DNA of 64,000 nt from Bacteroidota bacterium (GCA_020832235.1 JAFIEZ010000003.1:256450-320449), one strand, 5' to 3'; shown: positions 29,765 through 39,218, counted from the stretch's first letter. Translations and numbers: made by a program. The notes: a model not told the origin generated them from the sequence alone.

Positions 29765-32230
29765 ATGAAACACTTCTACAAAATTTGTGTCGCTGCGCTT
29801 CTGACTCTGGCTTTCGGAGCGGAAACACTGCTGGCACAAACAACACCAACTCCGGTAATGATACGCGATCTGCATGCGTACGATGTGCTCCCGACATCAC
29901 AGGCAGACCTGCCAAACCATCCACTCGTGGGTGAGTTGGTAACGTTTGATGCCGTTGTGGTATCTTACCCAAAAAACTCAGGGCTGGCATCAATCACCAA
30001 TGAAGGACTTCCGGGTCGTATTCACGTCTTTGTCGCAGATGTAAACGCCATTGAAGAAGGTCGTGATGGGAACTATCTGCAGTTTGTACACGGTGGTGCC
30101 TTACGAGGGGTCCTGCAAGATTACCTCCCAGGTGATGTTATCAGAGTTGAGGGTCGACTCACATTTTTCAATAATGTATCGCAATTTAACCCATCTGATG
30201 TTTCATTACTAGGGAACATGACAACTGATGCTCAGTATGCCGATCTCGCGCCACTTTTACAACCGCAGGTTGTAGAACTTGGTGACATTAACATTCCTTC
30301 TCCGGTCGTTGATGGTGCACATCGATGGAACGCAGAAGCATATTCCAAGTATAATCACCAATATGTGAAAATTGAAGGCCTTGAGGTTATTGGTCGCTCA
30401 GAAGCCCCAACGGGTAGACCATGGGTTGCTTTAACAGATGGTACCTCTATCATTTATACCACTGATACCTCACTTCGTTTCCGTAATGATCGTGGTAGCA
30501 GCTATGGTAATAATCTATCGTATAACTACCGTCGATTAGCAGAAGACCTGGATGGGCCCTATACCCCGCCACCAGCCGGAGCTATCGTTGATATTGCGGG
30601 TTATATTGTAGTTAATACATTTAACCCTGCAGGATTTGATGAGACAGGTGTACAATCTACACTTAAAATTGCTCCATGGGATGATGGCATTGTTTGGTTG
30701 CAAGATGGTACCGATACAGAGTTTCGGGTAACTGAGGGAATCAATAATGACCTTGTTATTCAGGGTTTTCCCGCTTTAGTTGAGCTTAATACAGCAACAA
30801 CACAAGACACGGTGACATCGAGCCAGCAAGCTGTAGTATCGGCCAATATTGCTCTGCCAGAAGCTACATATACGCTTGGTGAAGTACGTATCCGTTATAC
30901 CGCACTAGGCTTTAACGATGATACGGCCACTGAAGTGACCGAAGTACTCACGGGATCTGGAAATGAATACTCCTTTACTTTCCCACAGTTTCCTGACTTT
31001 ACACGAGTGAGTTACACGATTGAAGCTGTTGCTACAACTCCGGAAAATGTGGAAACAATTGGACGTTTGAACGGTGTTGTATTTGTAGATAACGCGAATA
31101 TAACTGTCCCTCCATCATTCTCTCAGCCGTCTGGTACCTATCAAAATAGTGTTACTGTTGCGCTTAGTACTCCGATTACCGGTGCAACTATATATTACAC
31201 GCTTGACGGATCTGCTCCAACTACATCTTCTGCGATTTATGCTGGTTCTCCGATAACGCTTACGAGCTCTGCTACGATAAACGCATTTGCGACGAGTACT
31301 GGCAGAGAGCCTAGCCCGGTTGCAAGCCGTACCTATACTGTAGAGGTGGATGTGCAGGATGTTAATACCCTGGCTGGACTTAGAGATGTACCACAGGATG
31401 GTACTGTTTTCAGATATACTGGCGAGGCAGTTGTTACTTTTACTAGAAATAGTAGAAACCAACGATACATCATGGATGAGTCAGGAGGTATCTTAATTGA
31501 TGATGCTCCCGGAATTATAACATCCCCGTACACAGTAGGTACTGTAATTACAGATTTACTTGTAACAGTGGGTACTTTTCAGGGATCAGTACAAATTGTT
31601 CCTCAAGCTGACCCAGGGACACCTTCTGAAACTCGTGATGTTGTTCCTAAGCGTATCCTTTTGAGTGATCTTGATTTGATACACGAATCTTCTTTGGTTG
31701 TTGTTGCAGACGTTGAGTTTGTTGGAGCATCAGGGGATTTTGCCAATGCTACGAATTATACAATCACAGATCCTTCATTGGGCGAAGGTGAAACACGCCC
31801 ATTCCGAACAGCTTTCAATGAAGCTGATTACATTGGTACACCAATACCAACTGGAAAGGTTAACCTCGTGGGTATCGCTCAGAACTTCAATGGTACAATG
31901 AGAATAGTACCTCGCTCTTTAGACGATTTCGGTGTAGAAGTATCTGCAGATCGTGGAGAAATGGTTTATGAGTTCAACCTGAACCAAAACTTCCCGAACC
32001 CATTTAACCCTGTTACCACGATCAACTATACTATTGGCGAAACAGCTAATGTTAACCTGGTAGTGTATGATGTATTGGGCCGACGAGTGGCTACACTCGT
32101 AAATGAAGTTCAGTCTGCCGGATTTCATCAAATCAACTTCGATGCTTCCAGACTTTCAAGCGGTACCTACATCTACCGTCTCGAAACCAATGGTCAGGTT
32201 GCTATCAAAAAAATGATGCTCATAAAATAA
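29765..32230 (+). CDS. T9SS-tailed surface protein with OB-fold-like modules and a chitobiase/hexosaminidase-C-like Ig domain (cluster gene 2)
   Basis: Signal peptide ends AETLLAQ. PSGTYQNSVTVALSTPITGATIYYTLDGSAPTTSSAIYAGSPITL is CHB_HEX_C-like. Modules GRIHVFVADV..GDVIRVEGRLTFFNNVSQF and RYIMDESGGILID..VGTFQGSVQI. Tail LNQNFPNPFNPVTTINYTI...GTYIYRL...KKMMLIK. Confidence 0.85.
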   Translation: MKHFYKICVAALLTLAFGAETLLAQTTPTPVMIRDLHAYDVLPTSQADLPNHPLVGELVTFDAVVVSYPKNSGLASITNEGLPGRIHVFVADVNAIEEGRDGNYLQFVHGGALRGVLQDYLPGDVIRVEGRLTFFNNVSQFNPSDVSLLGNMTTDAQYADLAPLLQPQVVELGDINIPSPVVDGAHRWNAEAYSKYNHQYVKIEGLEVIGRSEAPTGRPWVALTDGTSIIYTTDTSLRFRNDRGSSYGNNLSYNYRRLAEDLDGPYTPPPAGAIVDIAGYIVVNTFNPAGFDETGVQSTLKIAPWDDGIVWLQDGTDTEFRVTEGINNDLVIQGFPALVELNTATTQDTVTSSQQAVVSANIALPEATYTLGEVRIRYTALGFNDDTATEVTEVLTGSGNEYSFTFPQFPDFTRVSYTIEAVATTPENVETIGRLNGVVFVDNANITVPPSFSQPSGTYQNSVTVALSTPITGATIYYTLDGSAPTTSSAIYAGSPITLTSSATINAFATSTGREPSPVASRTYTVEVDVQDVNTLAGLRDVPQDGTVFRYTGEAVVTFTRNSRNQRYIMDESGGILIDDAPGIITSPYTVGTVITDLLVTVGTFQGSVQIVPQADPGTPSETRDVVPKRILLSDLDLIHESSLVVVADVEFVGASGDFANATNYTITDPSLGEGETRPFRTAFNEADYIGTPIPTGKVNLVGIAQNFNGTMRIVPRSLDDFGVEVSADRGEMVYEFNLNQNFPNPFNPVTTINYTIGETANVNLVVYDVLGRRVATLVNEVQSAGFHQINFDASRLSSGTYIYRLETNGQVAIKKMMLIK

Positions 32231-32252
32231 GTGTCATGGCAGTTTCCTAAAC

Positions 32253-32297
32253 AGCTGGGTGTGCACATTGCACACCCAGCTTTCTTTTTTATTTTTT
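32253..32297 (+). terminator. strong rho-independent terminator between cluster genes 2 and 3
   Basis: Perfect 13-bp stem AGCTGGGTGTGCA (32253-32265) / TGCACACCCAGCT (32269-32281) with a 3-nt loop, followed by TTCTTTTTTATTTTTT. The next ATG is at 32305. Confidence 0.8.
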
Positions 32298-32304
32298 CAT
32301 ACCC

Positions 32305-33873
32305 ATGTCGAAACGAATTTATTATCTGTTCTTATTTGCTGTTTTGGCTGTTTCTTGTGATGCTGGTCTGACCGGAACGGCTACTGAAAATCAGCCACCA
32401 TCTACCAGTTTTACGGTTAATTCTATTAACCTACCAGAAGGGCAAAGACTTACAAGCCAAATAAATATTTCCTGGTGGGGCGACGACCCCGATGGTTATG
32501 TTGTTGGATATGAATTCTACATCGGAGATGATGTTTCGGCAGACGTTGAATGGGTATTCACATCTAAAACAGATAGTACATTTGTACTGCCAATTGAAGA
32601 GGGAAACCTTGACGCAGATGTTCGTTTTACAGTAAGAGCCGTAGATAATGAAGGAGCTGTTGACCCAGATCCACCAAGCTTAGTTTTTCCTATACGTAAT
32701 TCACCGCCTTCTGTCAGATTTTTAGCAACTGAAATACCACCCGATACGACTTATCGCGTTTTTTCGTTTGGATTTCGAGCAACTGACCCGGATGGAGAAG
32801 CAAATTTAAATCGCGTTGAATTTGCAATTAATGATACAACATCAGCTGATGCCTGGACAGTTTTAGACCCTTCTATACAGCTGCTTACATTCCGAATTGA
32901 CGATACACAACCCGGTAATCCAACTGAAATGTTCACCGGAAGGGGTGCGACACGTACAAATACGGTTTTAAACACGATTCGCACCGATGGCGATAATACT
33001 TTTTTTCTACGAGCTATCGATAATGCCGGTGCAGTAAGTAGTATTCAGCAGTTTAGCTGGTATGTGAAAAGGCAACAATCAAACATATTGGTACTCAATG
33101 ATTTTCCACTTTCCGATCGCATCAATCTTCATTTAGACCTATTAGCACAAATTGGTATTGATAATGTAGATTTGATGAATATTACTGATGGCAACGCATC
33201 CGGTGGCCGTAGGGTTGTACTTTCATCTCAGTTCCCAAACCGGGCTCTTGTCGTACCTACTACAAATATGATGCTAGCAGAATGGGATCATATTTACTGG
33301 CTATCTAATGATTTAGACAGAAATATTAGTTATGCCATTGAAATGACTATAGACTTTTTTGCCAACGGCGGAACAATGTTTGTAAACATCCCAACAAAAA
33401 ACGATGTACCCGCAGATAGTCCCGTATTCGAATTTTTGCCCTTTGACAGAATTCAATCTCCGCCAGCTGCCAGACGTTTTTTTATTGCAAATAACTCTGA
33501 ACTTACAGCTACTGAAGACGCGGTAAACCTCATAAATTCAGGTCAAACATCAATTACTGAAGTTCCATACTTGAGATTTACAAGGAACCAGGTAAGCAAT
33601 CTTTTTCCAGTAGTACCATTTGGTGAGACCATACAGCTTTTTGAAGCAAACTTTCAGGTTCAAACCCTATTTCCCGTAACCACATCACCTTATGAAGGTC
33701 CAAAGGGTATAGCTTCAGTGAGTCCTACCAATTCTGTTCTCTATTTCGGTGTAGATCTTAATGAATTCGATCAAAACGAGCGCGTTGTAGGGGACGAAAC
33801 GCTACCAGCCAGCGATCTAGCCGGACTTCTCAGGTTACTTGTACTTGATATTCTAAACTTTGAGCAACGATGA
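32305..33873 (+). CDS. lipoprotein of unknown function with repeated Ig-like segments (cluster gene 3)
   Basis: Lipobox LAVSC. Repeated pattern ISWWGDDPDGYVVGYEFY...FTVRAVDNEGAVDPDP and GFRATDPDGEANLNRVEFAIND...RAIDNAGAVS. Confidence 0.8.
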   Translation: MSKRIYYLFLFAVLAVSCDAGLTGTATENQPPSTSFTVNSINLPEGQRLTSQINISWWGDDPDGYVVGYEFYIGDDVSADVEWVFTSKTDSTFVLPIEEGNLDADVRFTVRAVDNEGAVDPDPPSLVFPIRNSPPSVRFLATEIPPDTTYRVFSFGFRATDPDGEANLNRVEFAINDTTSADAWTVLDPSIQLLTFRIDDTQPGNPTEMFTGRGATRTNTVLNTIRTDGDNTFFLRAIDNAGAVSSIQQFSWYVKRQQSNILVLNDFPLSDRINLHLDLLAQIGIDNVDLMNITDGNASGGRRVVLSSQFPNRALVVPTTNMMLAEWDHIYWLSNDLDRNISYAIEMTIDFFANGGTMFVNIPTKNDVPADSPVFEFLPFDRIQSPPAARRFFIANNSELTATEDAVNLINSGQTSITEVPYLRFTRNQVSNLFPVVPFGETIQLFEANFQVQTLFPVTTSPYEGPKGIASVSPTNSVLYFGVDLNEFDQNERVVGDETLPASDLAGLLRLLVLDILNFEQR

Positions 33874-36818
33874 ACCAATTTAAACAACTTCTGCTACTCG
33901 CCGTAATATTGGTGGGAATCTCCTTAACGGCTATGGCTCAGACCAATGGAACTATCCGCGGTACTGTAATCGACCGTGAAGATCGTGAGCCTTTGATTGG
34001 TGTAAACATCATTATTCGCGGTACATCCTTTGGTACAGTCACCAACTTTGATGGCGAATATGAAATTCGAAACATCCGACCGGGGGAGTATTCTGTGGAG
34101 TTTCGTTACATAGGCTACGAGTCAATGCTGTTCACAGGTATTCGCGTTGACGCTGGTGAAGCTACCGTCATTAACGTTGAAATGAACCCACAAGCCATAT
34201 CCGCTGGCGAAGATATTGTTATCGTTGGTGAACGTCCCATTTTTGACGTAGAACAGTCTAGTACTACTACCTCATTTTCTTCCGATCAGATTGCCGTAGC
34301 TCCTGTACGCAGAGTTGATGAAGTAGTTGGTATGACAGCCGGTGTTGTTCGCGATCCTACCGGATTATACATCCGTGGTGGTCGAGCAAATGAAACAGGC
34401 TTTATAGTCGACGGTGTTTCTGCTCAAGATCCACTATCCGGTACAGGTTTTGGTCTTGATCTTGGAACCAGCGCATTTGCCAACGTTGAGGTAACAACCG
34501 GTGGGGTAGACGTAGAGCATGGTAATCTTACGTCTGGAGTGGTTAGCGTTCGAACACAGGATGGTGGCGATGCATATGCCGGATTTGTAGCGCATAAACG
34601 TGATAATCCAGGTAGAATGACATCTACAACATCTAACTTTTTCACGGATATTTATGAGTTTAATTTTGGCGGACCCGAACCCATAACCACAAGTCTGTTG
34701 CCTGCTTTAGGCGTTCAGATACCCGGGAAACTATATTTCTTTTCTGCCGGTCAGGTGAATTTCACCAATGAATTCATGCGAAATGCTGCCAGTCAGGTTC
34801 AATCCTCGCTCGTTGATAATACCTTCTTTTCGCCACGCCAGGATAACCGCTGGAGCGGTATGCTGAAATTAACTTACCGAATACGACCAGGTCAGCGTAT
34901 TGAAGCAGCCTACCAGCGCTCACTCACAGTGAATCAAAATACACGTATGCTTCAAATCGTTGGCGATGACGTTCAGATTCGTCCCGGTTACCAGTTCTTC
35001 TTCTCAGAAAACCTCGATAACGCCAATACATACGCACACGATAGTAAGCTATCTTACGTCAAATGGACCCACGCGCTTAATGCCCGAACTTTTTATGACG
35101 TACAGGTAAGCCGACTCTTTACTCGTTTACGTGCCGATGCCAACGGTCGCTTCTGGAGGCCAACAGCCGTCGATGGGGAGTTTGATGCCGGCTCAATTGT
35201 GGTTTTTCCGGTAACACCTTTTCCGGCTGGTGATGACTTTACATATGTACTGCCCGGTCCAGGTTTTGCCAATAATGGCGGTCTTGCTTCTTTGTGGCAC
35301 GACCATTATGCTGAAGAGTACACCATCCGAACAAACTTCACGCGTAACATGATGAATAACACCCATCGGTTACGATTCGGGATGGAAATGAAGTTTAAAG
35401 AATATCAATGGATTAGTATAAATCGTCCATGGGTTGGTGCACCAATTCAAATTGACGAAGATACGTTTTCAGAAACCAATCGCCTTGGATCAACTTCCGA
35501 TATCTGGAATGTGAATCCCGCAAGAGGTGCATTTTATGTATCCGATCAGATTCGATATCAGGGACTGATTGCCAACATCGGAATGAGATTGGAATACTGG
35601 TTCCCCGGAGCCTACGTAGATAACTTCGTTGATGACCCGCTTTCTCCAATTCCAGACGCTATCAGAGAAGCGTACAGAAACGATACGTATTCTTTGTTCG
35701 GTAACCGTTTCAAAATGAGACTGCTTCCGCGTGTGAATGTATCATTCCCGGTTCGAGAGAATATGGTGATGTACTTTAACTACGCGCACAAAAGTAAGTT
35801 GCCTCACCCGACATTTATCTATGCCGGTCTGGATCCGTTTTATCAAGATCGTTCATTCCTTTCTAACCTGGGTAATCCGAACCTGGATCCGGAGATTGAC
35901 ATTTCCTATGAAATTGGATTCCGTTACCAGCTAACTTCCAATGACGCCCTGAATTTCACGGCTTTCTGGAGCGATAAGTACGATTTCATTACATCAGAAC
36001 GTATTATTGTTCGAGATGCTACCGGCAGAGATACAGAGCGTTCTTTCCGAGTAAACGGTGATTTCGCAAGAGTACGTGGCCTGGAGGCTTCTTACATCAA
36101 ACGTTATAGCCACTTCCTTACAGGTAGTATTAATGCTACTTACTCACGCGCTGAAGGACTAAGTTCTACCAGTAATGATGCTCTCAGAAATATCATCACT
36201 GGCGGACAGGATGTGGGTAACAACATTGAAACACCACTTGCATGGGACAGACCTTTTGATGTGAAAGGAAGCTTAATATTCCGATGGGACCGAAATAACG
36301 ATCCACTTTTCGGATTGGCACCTTTGAATCACTTCGCCATATTTTTCTCAGGCACCTATCGTAGTGGTATTCGATACACACCGATGATTTTCCGTGGTAA
36401 CGAACGTAACCCAATTACAGGGGCAGAAGATTGGAGGCCAATTTATGAGCGTGATCCGGACCCAACACGCCGCTTTGCAAGCGTTGGCGAACCGTGGCTC
36501 ATGTTCGATATGAATATTCAGCGTTGGTTCAACATCGGTGGCACCCGTCTCATGGCCACACTTGAAATCACCAACTTGTTTAATTCGAAGAACGCAGCCA
36601 TTATCAATCCGGTTACTGGCAAAGCATACCGAACCGATTATCCTACCTCACAGTCTGAACTGATTGCTTTGCGAAACGATCGTTCTTTTGATGTTCCCTC
36701 AAACGTGCGTGACCCTCGCTATCAAGATCCACGCGATAACAATGTACCATCTTACCTGAATCCCGCCAATTTCCTCGAACAGCGCCATATCATGTTCGGT
36801 ATAGGTATTAATTTCTGA
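33870..36818 (+). CDS. TonB-dependent receptor with CarboxypepD_reg N-terminal domain (cluster gene 4)
   Basis: GTIRGTVIDREDREPLIGVNIIIRGTSFGTVTNFDGEYEIRNIRPGEYSVEFRYIGY, plug TTGGVDVEHGNLTSGVVSV, barrel ending IMFGIGINF. The start overlaps the upstream stop (ATGA). Confidence 0.9.
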   Translation: MNQFKQLLLLAVILVGISLTAMAQTNGTIRGTVIDREDREPLIGVNIIIRGTSFGTVTNFDGEYEIRNIRPGEYSVEFRYIGYESMLFTGIRVDAGEATVINVEMNPQAISAGEDIVIVGERPIFDVEQSSTTTSFSSDQIAVAPVRRVDEVVGMTAGVVRDPTGLYIRGGRANETGFIVDGVSAQDPLSGTGFGLDLGTSAFANVEVTTGGVDVEHGNLTSGVVSVRTQDGGDAYAGFVAHKRDNPGRMTSTTSNFFTDIYEFNFGGPEPITTSLLPALGVQIPGKLYFFSAGQVNFTNEFMRNAASQVQSSLVDNTFFSPRQDNRWSGMLKLTYRIRPGQRIEAAYQRSLTVNQNTRMLQIVGDDVQIRPGYQFFFSENLDNANTYAHDSKLSYVKWTHALNARTFYDVQVSRLFTRLRADANGRFWRPTAVDGEFDAGSIVVFPVTPFPAGDDFTYVLPGPGFANNGGLASLWHDHYAEEYTIRTNFTRNMMNNTHRLRFGMEMKFKEYQWISINRPWVGAPIQIDEDTFSETNRLGSTSDIWNVNPARGAFYVSDQIRYQGLIANIGMRLEYWFPGAYVDNFVDDPLSPIPDAIREAYRNDTYSLFGNRFKMRLLPRVNVSFPVRENMVMYFNYAHKSKLPHPTFIYAGLDPFYQDRSFLSNLGNPNLDPEIDISYEIGFRYQLTSNDALNFTAFWSDKYDFITSERIIVRDATGRDTERSFRVNGDFARVRGLEASYIKRYSHFLTGSINATYSRAEGLSSTSNDALRNIITGGQDVGNNIETPLAWDRPFDVKGSLIFRWDRNNDPLFGLAPLNHFAIFFSGTYRSGIRYTPMIFRGNERNPITGAEDWRPIYERDPDPTRRFASVGEPWLMFDMNIQRWFNIGGTRLMATLEITNLFNSKNAAIINPVTGKAYRTDYPTSQSELIALRNDRSFDVPSNVRDPRYQDPRDNNVPSYLNPANFLEQRHIMFGIGINF

Positions 36819-36828
36819 TCGAATACAA

Positions 36829-37854
36829 ATGCAATTCAAACAACTTTCTCTAAACCTGGCTAAAGTAGGGCTCATTCTGTTCATGGCTTTAGTGGTAAGC
36901 GCCGAGCCGCTGCTGGCCCAGAGGTCTTTAATACCAAGCCTGGGCAACTCCCGTTCCGGTACCTCAGGATTTCAGTATCTCAAGATTAATGTTGATGCGC
37001 GTTCTGCAGCCATGGCAGGTTCCAACATAGCCGATGCATCAGACGTATCTGCACTGTATTTGAATCCCGCTCTGGCCGTACAGCGACAGGGTAACCAATT
37101 CTATCTGGCACATACCGCATATTTTGCTGATATATCTATGAATTATATCGGCTACGTTCATCGGCACAGAAATTTTGCCTTTGGTGGAGCGATAACCTAC
37201 CTGGACTCCGGCTCTATGGAAGAAACCACGGAGTTTAATCCATTCGGCACCGGTCGAACCTTCCGTACCATTCATATGGCGGCACAGTTAACTATGGCTC
37301 AGGAGCTTACCAACCTGTTCAGCTATGGTGTCAGCATCAAGTATCTGGATGAACGAGTGGAAGAAATTCAGTCTCAGACAACGGTTGTTGATATCGGCTT
37401 CTTTTACCGTGTTGGTGACACCGGTCTCCGATTTGCCATAGGACTAAATAACTTTGGTATAGACGCCACCCCATCCGGTGAAACCGAACGCCAGACGCTG
37501 GATGGACGCGTAATTGAAACCGAATTTGAAGATGTAGGGGCTCCCACCACGTTTTCTATCGGAGCGGCCTTTGATGCCTATCGAACCGATAATTTGTCGG
37601 TTCTTGTTACCGGTGCTGTCATTAATCCCAGTGATAACGCTGAACGATTTAGCGTAGGAACGGAACTTGGCTATATGAACATGTTTTATACCCGTTTGGG
37701 TTACGAATTTGGAGTAGATGAGGCCAGTCTGCCCAGCTTTGGCGTAGGCTTTAAGCTACCCGTCTTAAACTATGGACTCGGAGTTGACTACGGGTTCTCT
37801 ACACGCGATCGTCTCGGTTCTCTGCACCGAATAGCTTTGAAATTTAATTTCTGA
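36829..37854 (+). CDS. PorV/PorQ-family-like outer-membrane beta-barrel (cluster gene 5)
   Basis: Signal peptide, then GTSGFQYLKINVDARSAAMAGSNIADASDVSALYLNPALA (as I recall the PorV/PorQ N-terminal signature). Ends HRIALKFNF. 341 aa. Confidence 0.7.
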   Translation: MQFKQLSLNLAKVGLILFMALVVSAEPLLAQRSLIPSLGNSRSGTSGFQYLKINVDARSAAMAGSNIADASDVSALYLNPALAVQRQGNQFYLAHTAYFADISMNYIGYVHRHRNFAFGGAITYLDSGSMEETTEFNPFGTGRTFRTIHMAAQLTMAQELTNLFSYGVSIKYLDERVEEIQSQTTVVDIGFFYRVGDTGLRFAIGLNNFGIDATPSGETERQTLDGRVIETEFEDVGAPTTFSIGAAFDAYRTDNLSVLVTGAVINPSDNAERFSVGTELGYMNMFYTRLGYEFGVDEASLPSFGVGFKLPVLNYGLGVDYGFSTRDRLGSLHRIALKFNF

Positions 37855-37862
37855 TTATACTC

Positions 37863-39155
37863 ATGAGAAATCTATTAACCACAACACTTTTCGTATCAAC
37901 GGTCTTATTTAGCTACGGTTGTGCTGAAATGTTTGGCACGAAAAGTGATTCTATAACCGATGATATATTCGATCAGGGTCGTCAAGATCCTACTCTGATT
38001 ATTGAGGAAGTAGGATACGCAGCTTTGCTTCCCTTCTGGACTGGCTTTGACCAGCCTACAGACGTCTTCGTAGGCTACGATGAAATGGTCTATGTTACCG
38101 ATGCTAATGGTCTGCATGTACTTGACAGGGCTGGTCGCCGCGCTAGTGACGTTATTCCACTAAATGGCGCTGTTGCCGTTGTTCAAGACCGCCTTTTGAA
38201 TGTTTATGTTGCAGCCAGAAAAGACACGATTATATCTGCTGTTGACCCTAACATTACCTGGAACCTGCCTGCTGTTTACAAAATTCGCAATGCCAACGGT
38301 GCCGGACCAGTACAATTTGTACAAACCATGGTTCATCCGTTTATGGACGCCTCAAGGGCCGTATCAACAACAAACCTACGTTTTCGATTAGATAGAAATC
38401 GAGCAGATAACGACGAACTTGTTGAAATTACAGGTCTTACCATATTGGCCAATAATCAGTTACTTGTGTCCCGCCGCGGTCCCAGAAATGTGACAGGAGC
38501 GGGTATGGCAGCCGACAATACCGTTCTGGTTTATGACGCCATTCGAAATACCCAGGGTCAACGTACCGGTCAGATGCGTAACCTCACGCAGATTAGAAAC
38601 TTGAATCCAAATAACCCGACACTCCTTAGTGCCGTTGGTCTGTCTGATATTGTTTCTTTTGTGGCTCCACCTCAACGAGAAAACATGACCACTAGTCAGA
38701 GTTTTTTGGTATCGCAAGGGGCGCAAAATACCAGTATTCCTTTCCGCGTTTTGTGGGTTGAGGCCGTTGAGACTCCCGATGGTCTCGAGTACCGTTCAAA
38801 TGGGCAGTTGTTAAATCGAGACACTACTCGGGCCGATTCATTCCTCTATAGCGAATTTCGATTTGAAAATCCTACCGGTATGGCTTTTTCAGCCGATGCA
38901 AGAGGTCATATTTTTGTTGTTGATGCAGCTAAAGACAGCCTGTTTTTGTTTCAATCGAATGGTCACGAAGGTGTTAACCCACCACCGGGTTCTACCTTGA
39001 CCAAGGCTGTAAATGTATCATTCGGGGGAACAGGAAGCGGACCTCGTCAATTTAATAATCCCAATGGCGTAGCCTATTTCAGACAGGTAGTTTACGTTGC
39101 CGATACCGGTAATAACCGTATTTCCAGATTTAAACTGAATACAGATTTCGAATAA
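37863..39155 (+). CDS. NHL-repeat beta-propeller lipoprotein (cluster gene 6)
   Basis: Lipobox LFSYGC. NHL-like repeats include GSGPRQFNNPNGVAYFRQVVYVADTGNNRISRF and PTGMAFSADARGHIFVVDAAKDSLFLF. Confidence 0.75.
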   Translation: MRNLLTTTLFVSTVLFSYGCAEMFGTKSDSITDDIFDQGRQDPTLIIEEVGYAALLPFWTGFDQPTDVFVGYDEMVYVTDANGLHVLDRAGRRASDVIPLNGAVAVVQDRLLNVYVAARKDTIISAVDPNITWNLPAVYKIRNANGAGPVQFVQTMVHPFMDASRAVSTTNLRFRLDRNRADNDELVEITGLTILANNQLLVSRRGPRNVTGAGMAADNTVLVYDAIRNTQGQRTGQMRNLTQIRNLNPNNPTLLSAVGLSDIVSFVAPPQRENMTTSQSFLVSQGAQNTSIPFRVLWVEAVETPDGLEYRSNGQLLNRDTTRADSFLYSEFRFENPTGMAFSADARGHIFVVDAAKDSLFLFQSNGHEGVNPPPGSTLTKAVNVSFGGTGSGPRQFNNPNGVAYFRQVVYVADTGNNRISRFKLNTDFE

Positions 39156-39175
39156 GCTGCATTTTACCAGCTGTA

Positions 39176-39218
39176 ATAAAAAAGGCACAGAGCATGAAGC
39201 TTAACTGTGCCTTTTTTG
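39176..39218. terminator. bidirectional rho-independent terminator
   Basis: AGGCACAG (39183-39190) pairs with CTGTGCCT (39205-39212), flanked by an A-run and a T-run between convergent genes. Confidence 0.7.
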
